A DNA stretch of 64,000 bases from Candidatus Poribacteria bacterium (GCA_965198235.1 OZ240248.1:5024001-5088000), one strand, 5' to 3'; numbered from the stretch's first letter, positions 48,737-59,344 are shown. The notes: generated from the sequence alone by a model not told the origin. Program-made: numbers and translations.

Positions 48737-48798
48737 AAGGCGTTAATTATTCTTGAACAGTTATATAGCAAGTTTTGACTTGCAAGCTGCGTCAAAAG

Positions 48799-48890
48799 TG
48801 GCGGAGAGAGTGGGATTCGAACCCACGGTACTGCAAAACAGCACACATGATTTCCAGTCATGCCAGTTCAACCAACTCCTGCATCTCTCC
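48799..48890 (-). tRNA. tRNA-Ser(GGA)
   Basis: Cloverleaf, CT-GGA-AA loop, long variable arm, encoded CCA. Confidence 0.95.
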
Positions 48891-49028
48891 GTAAAATTTT
48901 CAGGGACATCTCATCAAGCCGCACGCGATATGAGATGGGAAATCTGGTTTAAAAACAAATTTCGACCTAATTCCAGATCGAAGAATGTAAATCAAAGACA
49001 AATTGTGCTTTAATAGCACAATTTCGTA

Positions 49029-49101
49029 TGGAGCAGACGGGATTTGAACCCGTGACCTCACCCGTGCGAGGGGCGCACTCTCCCAACTGAGCTACTGCCC
49101 C
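49029..49101 (-). tRNA. tRNA-Ala(CGC)
   Basis: G3:U70 acceptor pair, CT-CGC-AC loop. Confidence 0.93.
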
Positions 49102-49161
49102 AGAAGTGGAAAAAACAAACATTTTGCAACAGTTATTTTTCACCTACCATTAAGCAAAAAA

Positions 49162-49246
49162 CGGAGAGAGTGGGATTCGAACCCACGGTGACTTGCGCCA
49201 CAACAGTTTTCGAGACTGTCCAGTTCAACCACTCCTGCATCTCTCC
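49162..49246 (-). tRNA. tRNA-Ser(CGA)
   Basis: CT-CGA-AA loop, long variable arm. Confidence 0.95.
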
Positions 49247-49311
49247 TTCTGATGTAATCTCTCCAACCCATAGTAACGGGTGGCACACATCCCAGCCTTC
49301 CATAAACCTTT

Positions 49312-49770
49312 TTACACTTTACTACGGTGTTGCTGAAAAAAGGACTTCAGAAGGGCACCGCTCTCTTCTGCTAATATCCCGCTCACCAATTCAACCCGAT
49401 GATTCAATCGTTCATCTTGAAGGATATTATAGAGCGTTCCGGCTGCCCCTGATTTCGGGTCTGTTGTTGCGTAAACAACTCTTGGAATACGTGCTAACAC
49501 GATCGCCCCGGCACACATTGGACAGGGCTCTAACGTCACATATAGGGTCGTATCGACAAAACGCCAGTTACCAATTTTTTCGGATGCGGCTTGTAGGACA
49601 AGCATCTCCGCGTGGGCGATAGGACTGCCGCATGCTTCGCGTAAGTTAAATGCTTCAGCGATCAGGACATCGTCTCTAACAAGCAGAGCACCAACTGGCA
49701 CTTCTCCTTTTTCGCCCGCCTGCTGCGCTAATTTAAGAGCTTGCCCCATCCAGAAAAAATCGTTATCCAA
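49312..49770 (-). CDS. tadA: tRNA adenosine(34) deaminase
   Basis: EVPVGA, AHAE, TLEPCPMCAGA, LNH motifs. Confidence 0.95.
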   Translation of the reverse strand: MDNDFFWMGQALKLAQQAGEKGEVPVGALLVRDDVLIAEAFNLREACGSPIAHAEMLVLQAASEKIGNWRFVDTTLYVTLEPCPMCAGAIVLARIPRVVYATTDPKSGAAGTLYNILQDERLNHRVELVSGILAEESGALLKSFFQQHRSKV

Positions 49771-49793
49771 ATTTTTTCAGCAAATGCCTTTGA

Positions 49794-49867
49794 AGCGCCT
49801 GAGAGGATTCGAACCCCCGGCCTTCTGATCCGTAGTCAGATGCTCTAATCCACTGAGCTACAGGCGC
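49794..49867 (-). tRNA. tRNA-Arg(ACG)
   Basis: TCTGA-CT-ACG-GA-TCAGA anticodon arm, GTTCGAATCC. Confidence 0.95.
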
Positions 49868-49960
49868 GTATGCTATGCATCAGGAATCAAAACGTAGGAC
49901 GGAGTTATAAGACTTTGATGGTCCTACAGTTCTCTGTCCTCTGATTTATTGCTTTACAAA

Positions 49961-50045
49961 CGGAGAGGGTGGGATTCGAACCCACGATGGCTTGCGCCAT
50001 AACTGCTTAGCAGGCAGTCCAGTTCAACCACTCCTGCACCTCTCC
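49961..50045 (-). tRNA. tRNA-Ser(GCT)
   Basis: CT-GCT-AA loop, long variable arm. Confidence 0.95.
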
Positions 50046-50048
50046 TAA

Positions 50049-50136
50049 TGGCGGTGGGAGTAGGATTCGAACCCACGATGGCTTGCGCCATAACGGTTTT
50101 CAAGACCGCCGCTTTCGTCCACTCAGCCATCCCACC
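50049..50136 (-). tRNA. tRNA-Ser(TGA)
   Basis: CT-TGA-AA loop, long variable arm, encoded CCA. Confidence 0.95.
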
Positions 50137-50160
50137 TACACTTCACAAATCTCCATATCA

Positions 50161-50189
50161 ATTATACGATATATAAAAGATTGTGTCAA
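50161..50189 (-). promoter_or_regulatory. Sigma70-type promoter of the tRNA cluster
   Basis: Perfect TTGACA-N17-TATAAT on the minus strand. Confidence 0.8.
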
Positions 50190-50244
50190 GGAAATTGTTA
50201 CTTTTTTCTGCGTTATTTATTTTTGCGTATATTCAAATGGTATA

Positions 50245-50904
50245 CTAAGTTTCCCCATGCCATTCCAGCGGTTCATTTCGTAAGTAAGGGAGTAGCATGC
50301 CTCGGAGACGCCGGTGCGCGTGGTGTAAATGTGTTTTAATTGTACCTTCTGATCTGTTTAACAACACTGCGATCTCTTTAATTGCCAGTTCTCTTCGGTG
50401 ACGAAGATTGAACACACGACGCTGACCCGGTGGGAGTTTCCGCACCGCCTTCCGAATGATCCTACCAAGTTCCTTTTCTTCAAGGAGTTTCTCGGGGGAT
50501 GGGTGAGAATCTGACATCTTTAGGACCTCGTCGGCATCAGGTGGTAATTCTTCAAACGTAAGAACTTTGCTACGGTTACGCTGCCGCTGAAAGTCGATGC
50601 TACTATTGATAGCGATTCGGTAAATCCAGCTGTAAAACGCAGAGCCACCTTTGAAGTTAGGCAGTGCTTTAAACGCTTTCAAAAAGACCTCTTGGCTAAT
50701 ATCTTTTGCTGTTTCTCGATCACGAATCTGCTGGTAAATGAGGTTATATATTTTCTTTTCATATTTGAGAACGAGGGGATTAAAAGCCTCTATGTCACCA
50801 TTTTGAAACCGATTGACGAGTTCATCCTCGTCAATTTGTTCAAGCTCCGACGCTGTGTACACAGTGGTCGGTTTTTGGATATTCGTCATGTCTCTTTTCT
50901 CCAT
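50245..50904 (-). CDS. ECF (RpoE-like) sigma factor
   Basis: DISQEVFLKAF, FYSWIYRIAIN, EIAVLLNRSEGTIKTHL motifs. Confidence 0.93.
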   Translation of the reverse strand: MEKRDMTNIQKPTTVYTASELEQIDEDELVNRFQNGDIEAFNPLVLKYEKKIYNLIYQQIRDRETAKDISQEVFLKAFKALPNFKGGSAFYSWIYRIAINSSIDFQRQRNRSKVLTFEELPPDADEVLKMSDSHPSPEKLLEEKELGRIIRKAVRKLPPGQRRVFNLRHRRELAIKEIAVLLNRSEGTIKTHLHHAHRRLRGMLLPYLRNEPLEWHGET

Positions 50905-50970
50905 ATTGAGTTAAGTTTAAGGGACTTGGGTTTACAATGCCGTAATCGAACGCAAACTGGCTTAAAATTT

Positions 50971-50996
50971 ATACACCGTAGATGTCAGAAAGTTCC
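50971..50996 (-). promoter_or_regulatory. Possible autoregulatory ECF promoter
   Basis: GGAAC-N17-GTAT about 70 nt upstream of the sigma gene. Confidence 0.5.
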
Positions 50997-51265
50997 AATT
51001 TTCTTAGTTTTTTTTTAATGTAAGTCCGTCCTTTTCCCTGTCTTAGACAGGTTGAAGAAGGTTTTTGTTCGTTTTTTTGTAATCCCGTCATAAAAATTCA
51101 AGTGTGGATGTAGGTTGGGTTGAGCGGTAAAAAACCAAGAACTCTCGTTTATGCAGAGAATTCCGCTTTTCGATGCCTCATTCGGGTAGATAGATATAGC
51201 GAAACCCAACAATCCAAACTGATAACTGACAACTGAATGCCGCTGTGTCATAACGTTGCGACATA

Positions 51266-51294
51266 TTGACATGTCAACCCCTTTGCGGTATACT
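51266..51294 (+). promoter_or_regulatory. Sigma70-type promoter for the histidine kinase
   Basis: TTGACA-N17-TATACT; the -35 lies in the palindrome TTGACATGTCAA. Confidence 0.6.
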
Positions 51295-51354
51295 AACAGC
51301 AACCTTAGATTTTGCAGAAACCCCCTCAAGTTGCGGTCTAAAAGAGAGATTCTG

Positions 51355-52746
51355 ATGCGTCGGTATAGCATTCAAACCAAAATCGTGCTCCCATTTTTGC
51401 TCCTGTTTGCTTGTGTCACTGTCTTTGTGCCGTTGCTAACAGTTGAATTGTTTGCGTGGAAGTACAGTGAACAGTTTACACGTGAAACCCAAGGATGGCT
51501 CGACACCATCGTAGAAACTGGGTTTATTCGGGAAGATAGTGAGAAAGTCAAGAAAGCGTACAGCGTAGAAATTATGGTTTTCGGTTCCGATTACACACTT
51601 AATCAGAGTACGTTGATCGGGCTCTCCGATGCTGAGCAGGATTGGGCGAATTTAGCGAAAAAAATGCGGCTGAGTGAGGTAAAAGATCACCTCCAAGAAG
51701 CGGATGGCACGCCTATTACACACGATGTGACGCTCGCTGGAAAGCCTTACAAGGTTTTTTATCTTTCGCTCCCGCCTGAACGGTTCTATTGCTTGTTACG
51801 TCCGATGGAAAAGATCGCTGAAGCCAAGCGAACTCTGACATGGTATATGTTAGGTATTGCTGCTCTCGTTATGGCACTGATTGCTTTTATTAGTCACCGT
51901 ATCGGGAAGAATTTGACGAACCCGATTAAAGTTTTGGTCGATTCTACGACTCGTGTCGCGACGGGCGACCTGGAAGAGGAGTGTGAGATTAAAACGCATG
52001 ATGAAATTGGCGATCTCGCTGCCGCGTTCAATCAGATGACAAGGGATCTCAAGGAGTCCAGAGATCAGTTAATTCAAGCGGAACGCTTGGCGACAGCGGG
52101 AAAAATGTCTGCCTCATTCGCACATGAGATTCGAAATCCGCTGTCATCTATGCGGATGTTAGCGCAGATGTTGATGCAGAAACCCGAAATGTCGGAAGAG
52201 AGGCATCAGCAATCCGTACGTTATATCCTTGAAGAGATTGAGCGGATTGATACCATCGTGAAAGGCTTAATGGACTTCGCACGTCCTTCGTCGCTTGACC
52301 GCAAGCAACAACCGATTGCACCTATCCTACAAGCCGTTTTGGCTTTGATGGAAGCCAACTTAGCACACCACAAAATCCAACTCGTCTTAGATTTGTCATC
52401 TGAAACCCCAGAAATTCAATTTGATTCAGATAAATTGAAGCAGGCGTTTATGAATGTGGTCTTGAATGCACTGGAGGCGATGCCGCAAGGTGGGGTGTTG
52501 CGGGTGTCCACCTTCACGGAAAATGATAGCGTCGGTATCAAGGTTGAGGATACGGGAGCGGGGATACCAGAGGAGGATTTAGAACATCTCTTTGAGCCGT
52601 TTTTTACCCGAAAATCGAGAGGGACGGGACTCGGATTGGCGAATGTCAAACGGATTCTTGAGGAGCATAGGGGCAGCGTCGAGATTGATAGCACACCGGA
52701 CAAAGGGACGGAAGTGTCGTTATGGTTGCCGTTGCGAGGTGTATGA
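51355..52746 (+). CDS. Membrane sensor histidine kinase (HAMP-HisKA-HATPase, NtrB-like)
   Basis: AHEIRNPL, NVVLNALEAM, DTGAGI, FEPFFT, GTGLGL; ATG 51355. Confidence 0.92.
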   Translation: MRRYSIQTKIVLPFLLLFACVTVFVPLLTVELFAWKYSEQFTRETQGWLDTIVETGFIREDSEKVKKAYSVEIMVFGSDYTLNQSTLIGLSDAEQDWANLAKKMRLSEVKDHLQEADGTPITHDVTLAGKPYKVFYLSLPPERFYCLLRPMEKIAEAKRTLTWYMLGIAALVMALIAFISHRIGKNLTNPIKVLVDSTTRVATGDLEEECEIKTHDEIGDLAAAFNQMTRDLKESRDQLIQAERLATAGKMSASFAHEIRNPLSSMRMLAQMLMQKPEMSEERHQQSVRYILEEIERIDTIVKGLMDFARPSSLDRKQQPIAPILQAVLALMEANLAHHKIQLVLDLSSETPEIQFDSDKLKQAFMNVVLNALEAMPQGGVLRVSTFTENDSVGIKVEDTGAGIPEEDLEHLFEPFFTRKSRGTGLGLANVKRILEEHRGSVEIDSTPDKGTEVSLWLPLRGV

Positions 52747-52931
52747 TGGTTGAGCGGGGGAGGCAACGTCGTGGAAAAGTTCGCTGGAGATTGCTCTATT
52801 TCTCTCGGTTATAGAGGACATCCGATTTGTGTCGTCTTTTTAAGTACAATAACGTGTGAAATTCCGCTATGAAAAAAACGAGGGTTGTGGTATAGTGTGC
52901 AGTGCTGTTAGGATAGTCTGTAGAACCTGCT

Positions 52932-54863
52932 TTGAAAGGCAAGAAATTGATTCAGCAACAAACACGGGATAGTCTCACGTGGCGCGCAGTGCTTATCGGT
53001 TTGGCGTGCGCTACGACCGAATGTCTTCTCGCGCCCTATAACGATTACGTCATCCGTAACATATTTCTCGCCGGCGGACATTTTCCTGTCGCTCCCTTCT
53101 TTGTTCTGACGATTTTTGTATTGGGAATCAATGTTCTCCTGAAGCAGGTCCATCCCTCCTCGGCGTTCTCACCCGGCGAACTTGTCACAATTTGGTGTAT
53201 CATGCTTGCACCGGCAGGCATCCCGTCTTCAGGGATGATGCGCTATGCCCTCAGCCCGATGGTGGCGTATCAGTACCTCGCTACACCAGAAAACGATTGG
53301 GAGTCACTGTTTCACCACTACATTCCGCATTGGCGCGTGGTTCGCGATCACTCCGCTGCGCAGTCTTTCTTTGAGGGCTTGTTCGCAGGTGAATCGGTGC
53401 CATGGGGTCCTTGGATAGTTCCCATCCTAACGTGGAGCACCTATGTCCTCGTCGTCTATTTCGTGATGATCTGCTTATCTGTGCTACTCCGTAAGCAGTG
53501 GGTGGAGTACGAACGCTGCGCCTTCCCACTCGTTAAGTTACCTGTAGAGATGGCAGCGCAAGGTGGGGGTAGTCTGGGTCCACTCTTTAAGAACAGCGCG
53601 CTCTGGTTCGGGTTTGCGTTCCCGGTATTCCTGCATACGATGAACGGGCTCCATACGTTCTTTCCGTCCATGCCTCATGTTCCACGCGATTTTTGGCTCA
53701 ACCAATACCTCGTCGAACGTCCTTGGAACGCGCTCCGCCCGTTCCAAATCGTTATCTTCTGGTCTATGGTGGGGTTCAGTTATCTACTCACTTTGGAGGT
53801 TTCGTTTAGCATCTGGTTCTTTTTCGTGTTTTACAAACTGCAGTGTCTGTTCGGTGTGATACTCGGTTTCCAACTCACTTCGGGACCGGGGGTGCAGTGG
53901 ACAGGCAAGTCGTTTAGTGCAGCACAGGAGGCAGGCGCATGCCTGGCGTTTGTCGCCATCGCGCTCTGGAAAGCGAGGCATCACATTAAAAGCATGCTCC
54001 AACTCCGGCCTTCCGACGAAGCCTTGCCACCTGGCGTCACGATCTTTGGACTCCTTGGGGGTATCTGTGTACTTACGTTTTTCAATCATTTGATGGGGAT
54101 GTCCCTCCTATTTGCGTTCGGTTTCGTGCTGTTTCTGCTTGCAATGTATGTCCTACTGACATGGCAGGTGATTAACGGCGGCATTCCGTTCATCAATCCA
54201 TCGTTTTCACCGCAGAGTTTCTTCCTAACGACGCTGGGCACCTCAAAAATCCACCCTTCCACATTGACTTCGATAATGATGCATCCGGTGTGTCTTACGT
54301 TAGATCTTCGCGAATTTATGATGCCGAATATCATGAACGGGCTGAAAGCCGCAGATGATGCCCGCGTCAAACGACGGCAGCTGCTCGTCGCGATGGCAGT
54401 TGCAATGGTCGTCGGGCTTGCTGTTTCCTATTACTCTGCGATTAAGATTAGTTATGCACACGGGGCACCTTACACCGGTGGTAGTTGGTTTATGCGCCAA
54501 CTTGAGGGACTGCTCATAAGCCCAAAGACAAGCACAAATTGGACAAACACGGGCTTTATGATATTCGGGAGCGGGTTCACAGTTTGGTTGGTGTGGATGC
54601 GTCAGACCTTTATATGGTGGCCCCTGCATCCGCTCGGTTATACGATGCTGAGTTCATGGGCAACGTTTAAACTCTGGTTCTCTATATTTTTGGGCTGGGG
54701 ACTGAAGTTTAGTATTGTGAAATATGGTGGATTGAAGGCGTATCGGAGCGCGAGACCCGTCTTCCTCGGACTCGTTCTTGGGGAAATGACGTGTGCCGGA
54801 CTCTGGGCAATTATTGGGATGATTACAGGAATTAGTACGGGGTATCGTATTTTACCGGATTAG
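52932..54863 (+). CDS. Polytopic membrane protein (DUF6785/DUF6784-like putative transporter)
   Basis: Many TM helices; RKQWVEYER.AFP, WWPLHPLGY, PVFLGLVLGE motifs. Confidence 0.75.
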   Translation: MKGKKLIQQQTRDSLTWRAVLIGLACATTECLLAPYNDYVIRNIFLAGGHFPVAPFFVLTIFVLGINVLLKQVHPSSAFSPGELVTIWCIMLAPAGIPSSGMMRYALSPMVAYQYLATPENDWESLFHHYIPHWRVVRDHSAAQSFFEGLFAGESVPWGPWIVPILTWSTYVLVVYFVMICLSVLLRKQWVEYERCAFPLVKLPVEMAAQGGGSLGPLFKNSALWFGFAFPVFLHTMNGLHTFFPSMPHVPRDFWLNQYLVERPWNALRPFQIVIFWSMVGFSYLLTLEVSFSIWFFFVFYKLQCLFGVILGFQLTSGPGVQWTGKSFSAAQEAGACLAFVAIALWKARHHIKSMLQLRPSDEALPPGVTIFGLLGGICVLTFFNHLMGMSLLFAFGFVLFLLAMYVLLTWQVINGGIPFINPSFSPQSFFLTTLGTSKIHPSTLTSIMMHPVCLTLDLREFMMPNIMNGLKAADDARVKRRQLLVAMAVAMVVGLAVSYYSAIKISYAHGAPYTGGSWFMRQLEGLLISPKTSTNWTNTGFMIFGSGFTVWLVWMRQTFIWWPLHPLGYTMLSSWATFKLWFSIFLGWGLKFSIVKYGGLKAYRSARPVFLGLVLGEMTCAGLWAIIGMITGISTGYRILPD

Positions 54864-55025
54864 GTAGTGGCAGTCAGCAGTTGGGATTCGGAGATCCCTC
54901 CTACAGGAGAATTGTAATGATTCTCGCCAGAAAACGTTTTATCTTGACATTATAGGTGGATACCGCGTATCATTAAAAAACAACCCTTCAATCGGAAGAT
55001 TAAAGTTAAAATACTCCACAAAATT

Positions 55026-57053
55026 ATGAAAAGATATATCGTTATCCTACCTCTTCTTTCCATCCTCTGTTCGCTATGCATCGGATTAAACTCGGCTTTC
55101 CCAGTAGATTTTATCAAATTAGAGCGTGAATTTGCAGGTAAAGGCTCAACTCAGGGGAGATTTGGCAAGGATATTCACCTCGCCTTTGATAACCAAAACA
55201 TCTACGTCAGCGACACCGAAAATCGGCTTATTCAGAAATTATCAGCGACAGGAGAATTTCTGTCTCAAATCCCGGAAGCACCGGAATCTCCAGAAAATAT
55301 CCTGCGGAAACCTGGACATCTTGCTGTAGATAGTTTCGGGAATATCTATGTTGCCGATGTAACAATTCAGCACATTGCAGAGACAGGAACCGAAGTGGGC
55401 ACTCCGAAAGTTTATATGTTCGCACCGTGTGTCTACAAATTCAGTGGGACAGGAGAATTGTTAGACACCTACTTTGTCGATCCTGTGGATGTCCTTCCGA
55501 AAGTAGTTTTACCAGTGAATCTCATCATTGACGAGCAAGGGAAAACCGCTTTTGCGATTCAGCCGAAGGGATATAACAGAGCCCTCGGCGTCGCGCTCAA
55601 CCCTCAAAATGAACTCTACGTTTTAGACGCCGAACTTGGACGCGTCCATAAGTTCAGTGCCGATGGAGAAAAGTTGCTCGCTTTCGGGAGGTATGGAGCA
55701 GGCGAGGGAGAGTTCGATATGGATGCCTCGGACATCGCAATTGATACACGAGGAAATGTGCTTATTGCGGATACCGGTAACCATCGCATTGTGAGGTTTG
55801 ACGCGGCGGGGAAATCCCTCGGTAGTTTTGGGAGAAAGGGACGAGGCAATGGTGAATTTATGAAACCGATGGCACTTGTCGCCCTTCCCACCGGTGAGGT
55901 ACTTGTTAAAGATGCCAGTCGGTTCCGTAGAAAAGTTGGCGGGTTGCCGGAGGTTATTGCGCTTTCACCGACATTGACGCATCTTACGGAGATCACGCCA
56001 GGTCAAGCGGAACTTGCTGACGCTATTACGAATGCGACGCGTCCACGATACGGTCCGTTTGCCCAGAGTCCCGCTACGGCTGCCGATAATGCCGCCTTGA
56101 ATCGACGCGTCCGGTTGCTGGAGGAAGCAGAATACAGCCGATACTATGCTGATGAAACCGATGAGGAGGATAAGGAAGAACTCGCTGAAGAGCTTAAACG
56201 CAAAGACATCCGCCTGACGCTTTTTCATAACATCATCTCACGTGTCCAGAAGTTTGATCTCAGTGGACGGTATTTGGGACGTATCGTTTATGAGACCGAT
56301 CAGCTTAGCGAGGAAAAGCACGATCAGACCTTCTTGGATCTGGATGCTGCGGGTTATCTCTATCTACGGGATGATAGCGATTTTACGATCGCACAATATT
56401 CTGTCAGCGGATTTACCGTGAAGCCTTCGCACATGAACGGTTTTTACAGCGTCCGCGCCGCAAATCTTCGCAACAACTACTTGGAAGATTACGAAGATAT
56501 TGACTTTTCAACCGATGTTCAAGATGAACTCAACCAACTCGAACTCAAAAATATGTTTGGGTGGACCTATAGTCTTTCTGAACGGTGGCACTTGACATTC
56601 CTGGATGAGTTGACGTATGGCGAGCAGGATGAACGCTATGTTACGCCTGCGAAGGTAGAGGATAGCTACGATTTCGAGACCCAAGCGTTAGAGAATGCGT
56701 TCGCCGCGAATCTGAAATTTATCACGAATCCGAATCCGTATCGATATAAGGAATTGAACTTATCCATCGGTCGTGTTGATGGCACGTCTGATTTGACACA
56801 GGACGCGCTCTTCCCAGACCTCAACAAACAGCATAGAGTGGACACCGGCGATGCGAATTCTACGGTCGTTGAACTCAATTGGGATATCTGGTCACGAACG
56901 AATCTATGGCTTCGTTATGCGGACCTGAATCCGGCGGAAACGAGCCGCAATTTTATCCGTAGGTTTTACGATGTCTCCGGTGACCTCTATGAAGTGTTTG
57001 GGAGCCGTAATGAGGCGCGTCAGTTCCTTGGAGAGTTAACTATAAAGTTTTAA
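55026..57053 (+). CDS. Secreted NHL-repeat protein with C-terminal putative beta-barrel
   Basis: Signal peptide, NHL motifs (ADTGNHRI), C-terminus LGELTIKF. Confidence 0.75.
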   Translation: MKRYIVILPLLSILCSLCIGLNSAFPVDFIKLEREFAGKGSTQGRFGKDIHLAFDNQNIYVSDTENRLIQKLSATGEFLSQIPEAPESPENILRKPGHLAVDSFGNIYVADVTIQHIAETGTEVGTPKVYMFAPCVYKFSGTGELLDTYFVDPVDVLPKVVLPVNLIIDEQGKTAFAIQPKGYNRALGVALNPQNELYVLDAELGRVHKFSADGEKLLAFGRYGAGEGEFDMDASDIAIDTRGNVLIADTGNHRIVRFDAAGKSLGSFGRKGRGNGEFMKPMALVALPTGEVLVKDASRFRRKVGGLPEVIALSPTLTHLTEITPGQAELADAITNATRPRYGPFAQSPATAADNAALNRRVRLLEEAEYSRYYADETDEEDKEELAEELKRKDIRLTLFHNIISRVQKFDLSGRYLGRIVYETDQLSEEKHDQTFLDLDAAGYLYLRDDSDFTIAQYSVSGFTVKPSHMNGFYSVRAANLRNNYLEDYEDIDFSTDVQDELNQLELKNMFGWTYSLSERWHLTFLDELTYGEQDERYVTPAKVEDSYDFETQALENAFAANLKFITNPNPYRYKELNLSIGRVDGTSDLTQDALFPDLNKQHRVDTGDANSTVVELNWDIWSRTNLWLRYADLNPAETSRNFIRRFYDVSGDLYEVFGSRNEARQFLGELTIKF

Positions 57054-57173
57054 AGTTTTTCATCAATGCGCCAGGCGTTCGTTCAGGTTCATTGAGTATG
57101 AACACAATTCTCCGTATATCCGCTTTTGACGATGTCAAAAGCTATATGCTTTGGCTTGCGGTTTTTCATCAAT

Positions 57174-58151
57174 ATGGAATTTCGATCACTTTATCCTGAA
57201 GAATTAGAAGTGTGGCTGGACCATGTCACATCTGTCTTTACAGGCGGTCGCCAATATTTTTCTAATCATTGGCATAACGATCCGTGGCGGGATGCGGAAG
57301 GTATCCGGGTAGCCGTTGATAAAGGGACTATTGTCAGCACGGTGCGCGTCTTTATCCGAAAGATGTTTTTGCACGGGGAACCGATAACTGTCGGTGGCAT
57401 CGGCGAGGTCAGCACACATCCGGAGTACCGCCGACGTGGAATTGCTACACAACTTCTCAAAGATTCGATCCGGTTCATGGAATCCCAAGATATCGTCGTT
57501 TCTTCTTTACACGGAAGCCAACGCATCTATTCGATTGAAGGGTGGGAGAAGGTGCCGCGTTACTATGCAAGACAATTCTTCATCGCCAAAAAACAGGTGA
57601 CGTGGGAAGTACGTCCAGCGAATTTTGATGATGCAGCCGAAGTCGAGCGAATCGCCGCTATCTACGACGGGTACGCACGTAAATTCAACGGGACCTTCGT
57701 CAGGGACGACATGGCGTATTGGACTGCGTGGGTCCAGACTGAGTCTCCGAACGCTTGGGTTGCCGATCGGGACAGCAACATTGAAGGCTATATCTCCGTC
57801 ACTTGGCACGGAGATGAGCTCAGCATTAAGGAGTTCATCGCTTCAGAGGAAGCCTTTGAACAGGAAAATGGCAAACAACTTTTTGAGGGTATGCTCTCTA
57901 ATGTTGTAGCCCAGATGGGTGCGGAATCGGTTGAAGTTATCTACCCGGCACCTATTGCAGATGGGTTCAATGCTCCAGCAATTGAGGAACATGGAAGTAC
58001 GATGTATCGCGTCATTCAACCCACCGTGCTTTCAGAGAAGATGGCATCAGCCACGTTCAATTCGATTCCGAATCTGTTACACAATCAACCGAAACCCTTG
58101 GCACAAGGCATCCGGTCGCATCATATCTTTTGGTATACTGATGGATTTTAG
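57174..58151 (+). CDS. GNAT-family acetyltransferase (Eis-like)
   Basis: VGGIGEVSTHPEYRRRGIA motif A. Confidence 0.85.
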   Translation: MEFRSLYPEELEVWLDHVTSVFTGGRQYFSNHWHNDPWRDAEGIRVAVDKGTIVSTVRVFIRKMFLHGEPITVGGIGEVSTHPEYRRRGIATQLLKDSIRFMESQDIVVSSLHGSQRIYSIEGWEKVPRYYARQFFIAKKQVTWEVRPANFDDAAEVERIAAIYDGYARKFNGTFVRDDMAYWTAWVQTESPNAWVADRDSNIEGYISVTWHGDELSIKEFIASEEAFEQENGKQLFEGMLSNVVAQMGAESVEVIYPAPIADGFNAPAIEEHGSTMYRVIQPTVLSEKMASATFNSIPNLLHNQPKPLAQGIRSHHIFWYTDGF

Positions 58152-58262
58152 GGACAGTCCTTACGCTAAAGTCGACGAAGTCTTAAACGTCCGGATCGAT
58201 AAACAGCTAATCTTGCCTATATAGTTTACCAAATTTTTGGCGCAGCTTGCAAATCAAAAAAC

Positions 58263-58291
58263 TTGACTTCTAATCCGATGCAGCATATAAT
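58263..58291 (+). promoter_or_regulatory. Sigma70-type promoter
   Basis: TTGACT-N17-TATAAT. Confidence 0.65.
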
Positions 58292-58339
58292 CCTTGCTGT
58301 GATGAAACAAAAACTTGAAGTTGAGGAATAAAGGAGGGT

Positions 58340-59344
58340 ATGAAAATGGCGAAACTACGCGTTGGGGTTATTGGCTGTAGCGGTATCGGCACAACACATG
58401 TATCAGGATTAGTGGGTATGCCGAACGTTGAATTAGCCGCTGGCTGCGATTTTGTTCAAAGCACATTGGATGCTTTCAAGGAAAAATATCAGAACAACTG
58501 GGGTAACATCGCCCTATATACCAACCATCAGGAGATGCTCGCCGCTGAAAATTTAGACATGGTGACAGTTGCGACATCTGACCATCGACATGCCGACTTG
58601 GTCGTTGATGCGGCGAATGCGGGTGTAAAGGGTATCTTCTGTGAAAAACCGATGGCAACCAGTGTCGAAGATGCCGATAGAATGCTGGAAGCAACGGAGC
58701 GGAACGGTACTATTCTATCGATTGACCACACCCGTCGGTGGCAGCCTTTGTGGCGGCATACCAAGGATGTTGTCGTCGGTGGCGGACGCATTGGGGATGT
58801 CCAGTATGTCATCGGCACGTTGAGTGGTGGACGCGCGATGCTTTTCCGCAATGGAACACATCTTGTTGATGCCATCTGCTACTTCGCTGACTCAGATCCA
58901 GAGTGGGTCTCTGCCGAATTAGAGGATGGCTATGAGGACTATAACGAATATAAAGGTGATGGCGGGCATGTCCCCGCAACGGAACCATCGGCACACGGAT
59001 ATATCCACTTCGCGAACGGGGTGCGCGGCTACTATGCTGGTGGTCCGAAGACAACCCTCGCCGGATTCCGCGTCGAGATTGTTGGCACCAACGGTTATAT
59101 TCTCATCAGTGACAAGGGAGCAACACTCCATCAGGACGATGTTGTTGAGACGATCAAGGCACCAACGTGGGACATCTCCGGTATTCCTGCAGGGCCCCGA
59201 GAGTTGGTGGGTCTGATCACAGAGGGTGGCGAACCCGTCTCGCCTGGAACTGAGGGATATAAGGTCGTCCAAATCATCATCGGCTTCTTAACCTCGCAAC
59301 AGCGTGATAATGGAAAGGTCAAACTTCCGTTGTCTGGAGGTTAG
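58340..59344 (+). CDS. Gfo/Idh/MocA-family oxidoreductase
   Basis: VGVIGCSGIG, CEKPMA, GTHLVD motifs. Confidence 0.92.
   Translation: MKMAKLRVGVIGCSGIGTTHVSGLVGMPNVELAAGCDFVQSTLDAFKEKYQNNWGNIALYTNHQEMLAAENLDMVTVATSDHRHADLVVDAANAGVKGIFCEKPMATSVEDADRMLEATERNGTILSIDHTRRWQPLWRHTKDVVVGGGRIGDVQYVIGTLSGGRAMLFRNGTHLVDAICYFADSDPEWVSAELEDGYEDYNEYKGDGGHVPATEPSAHGYIHFANGVRGYYAGGPKTTLAGFRVEIVGTNGYILISDKGATLHQDDVVETIKAPTWDISGIPAGPRELVGLITEGGEPVSPGTEGYKVVQIIIGFLTSQQRDNGKVKLPLSGG

Noticed and set aside
48503-49170. Short ORFs over the SRP RNA/tRNA region
   Set aside because: They overlap well-formed structural RNA genes.
50049-50136. tRNA with anticodon TGA as a possible tRNA-Sec or UGA suppressor
   Set aside because: Anticodon TGA reads UCA (Ser). 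tRNA-Sec needs anticodon TCA and an extended acceptor stem. No selC or other sel genes are in this window.
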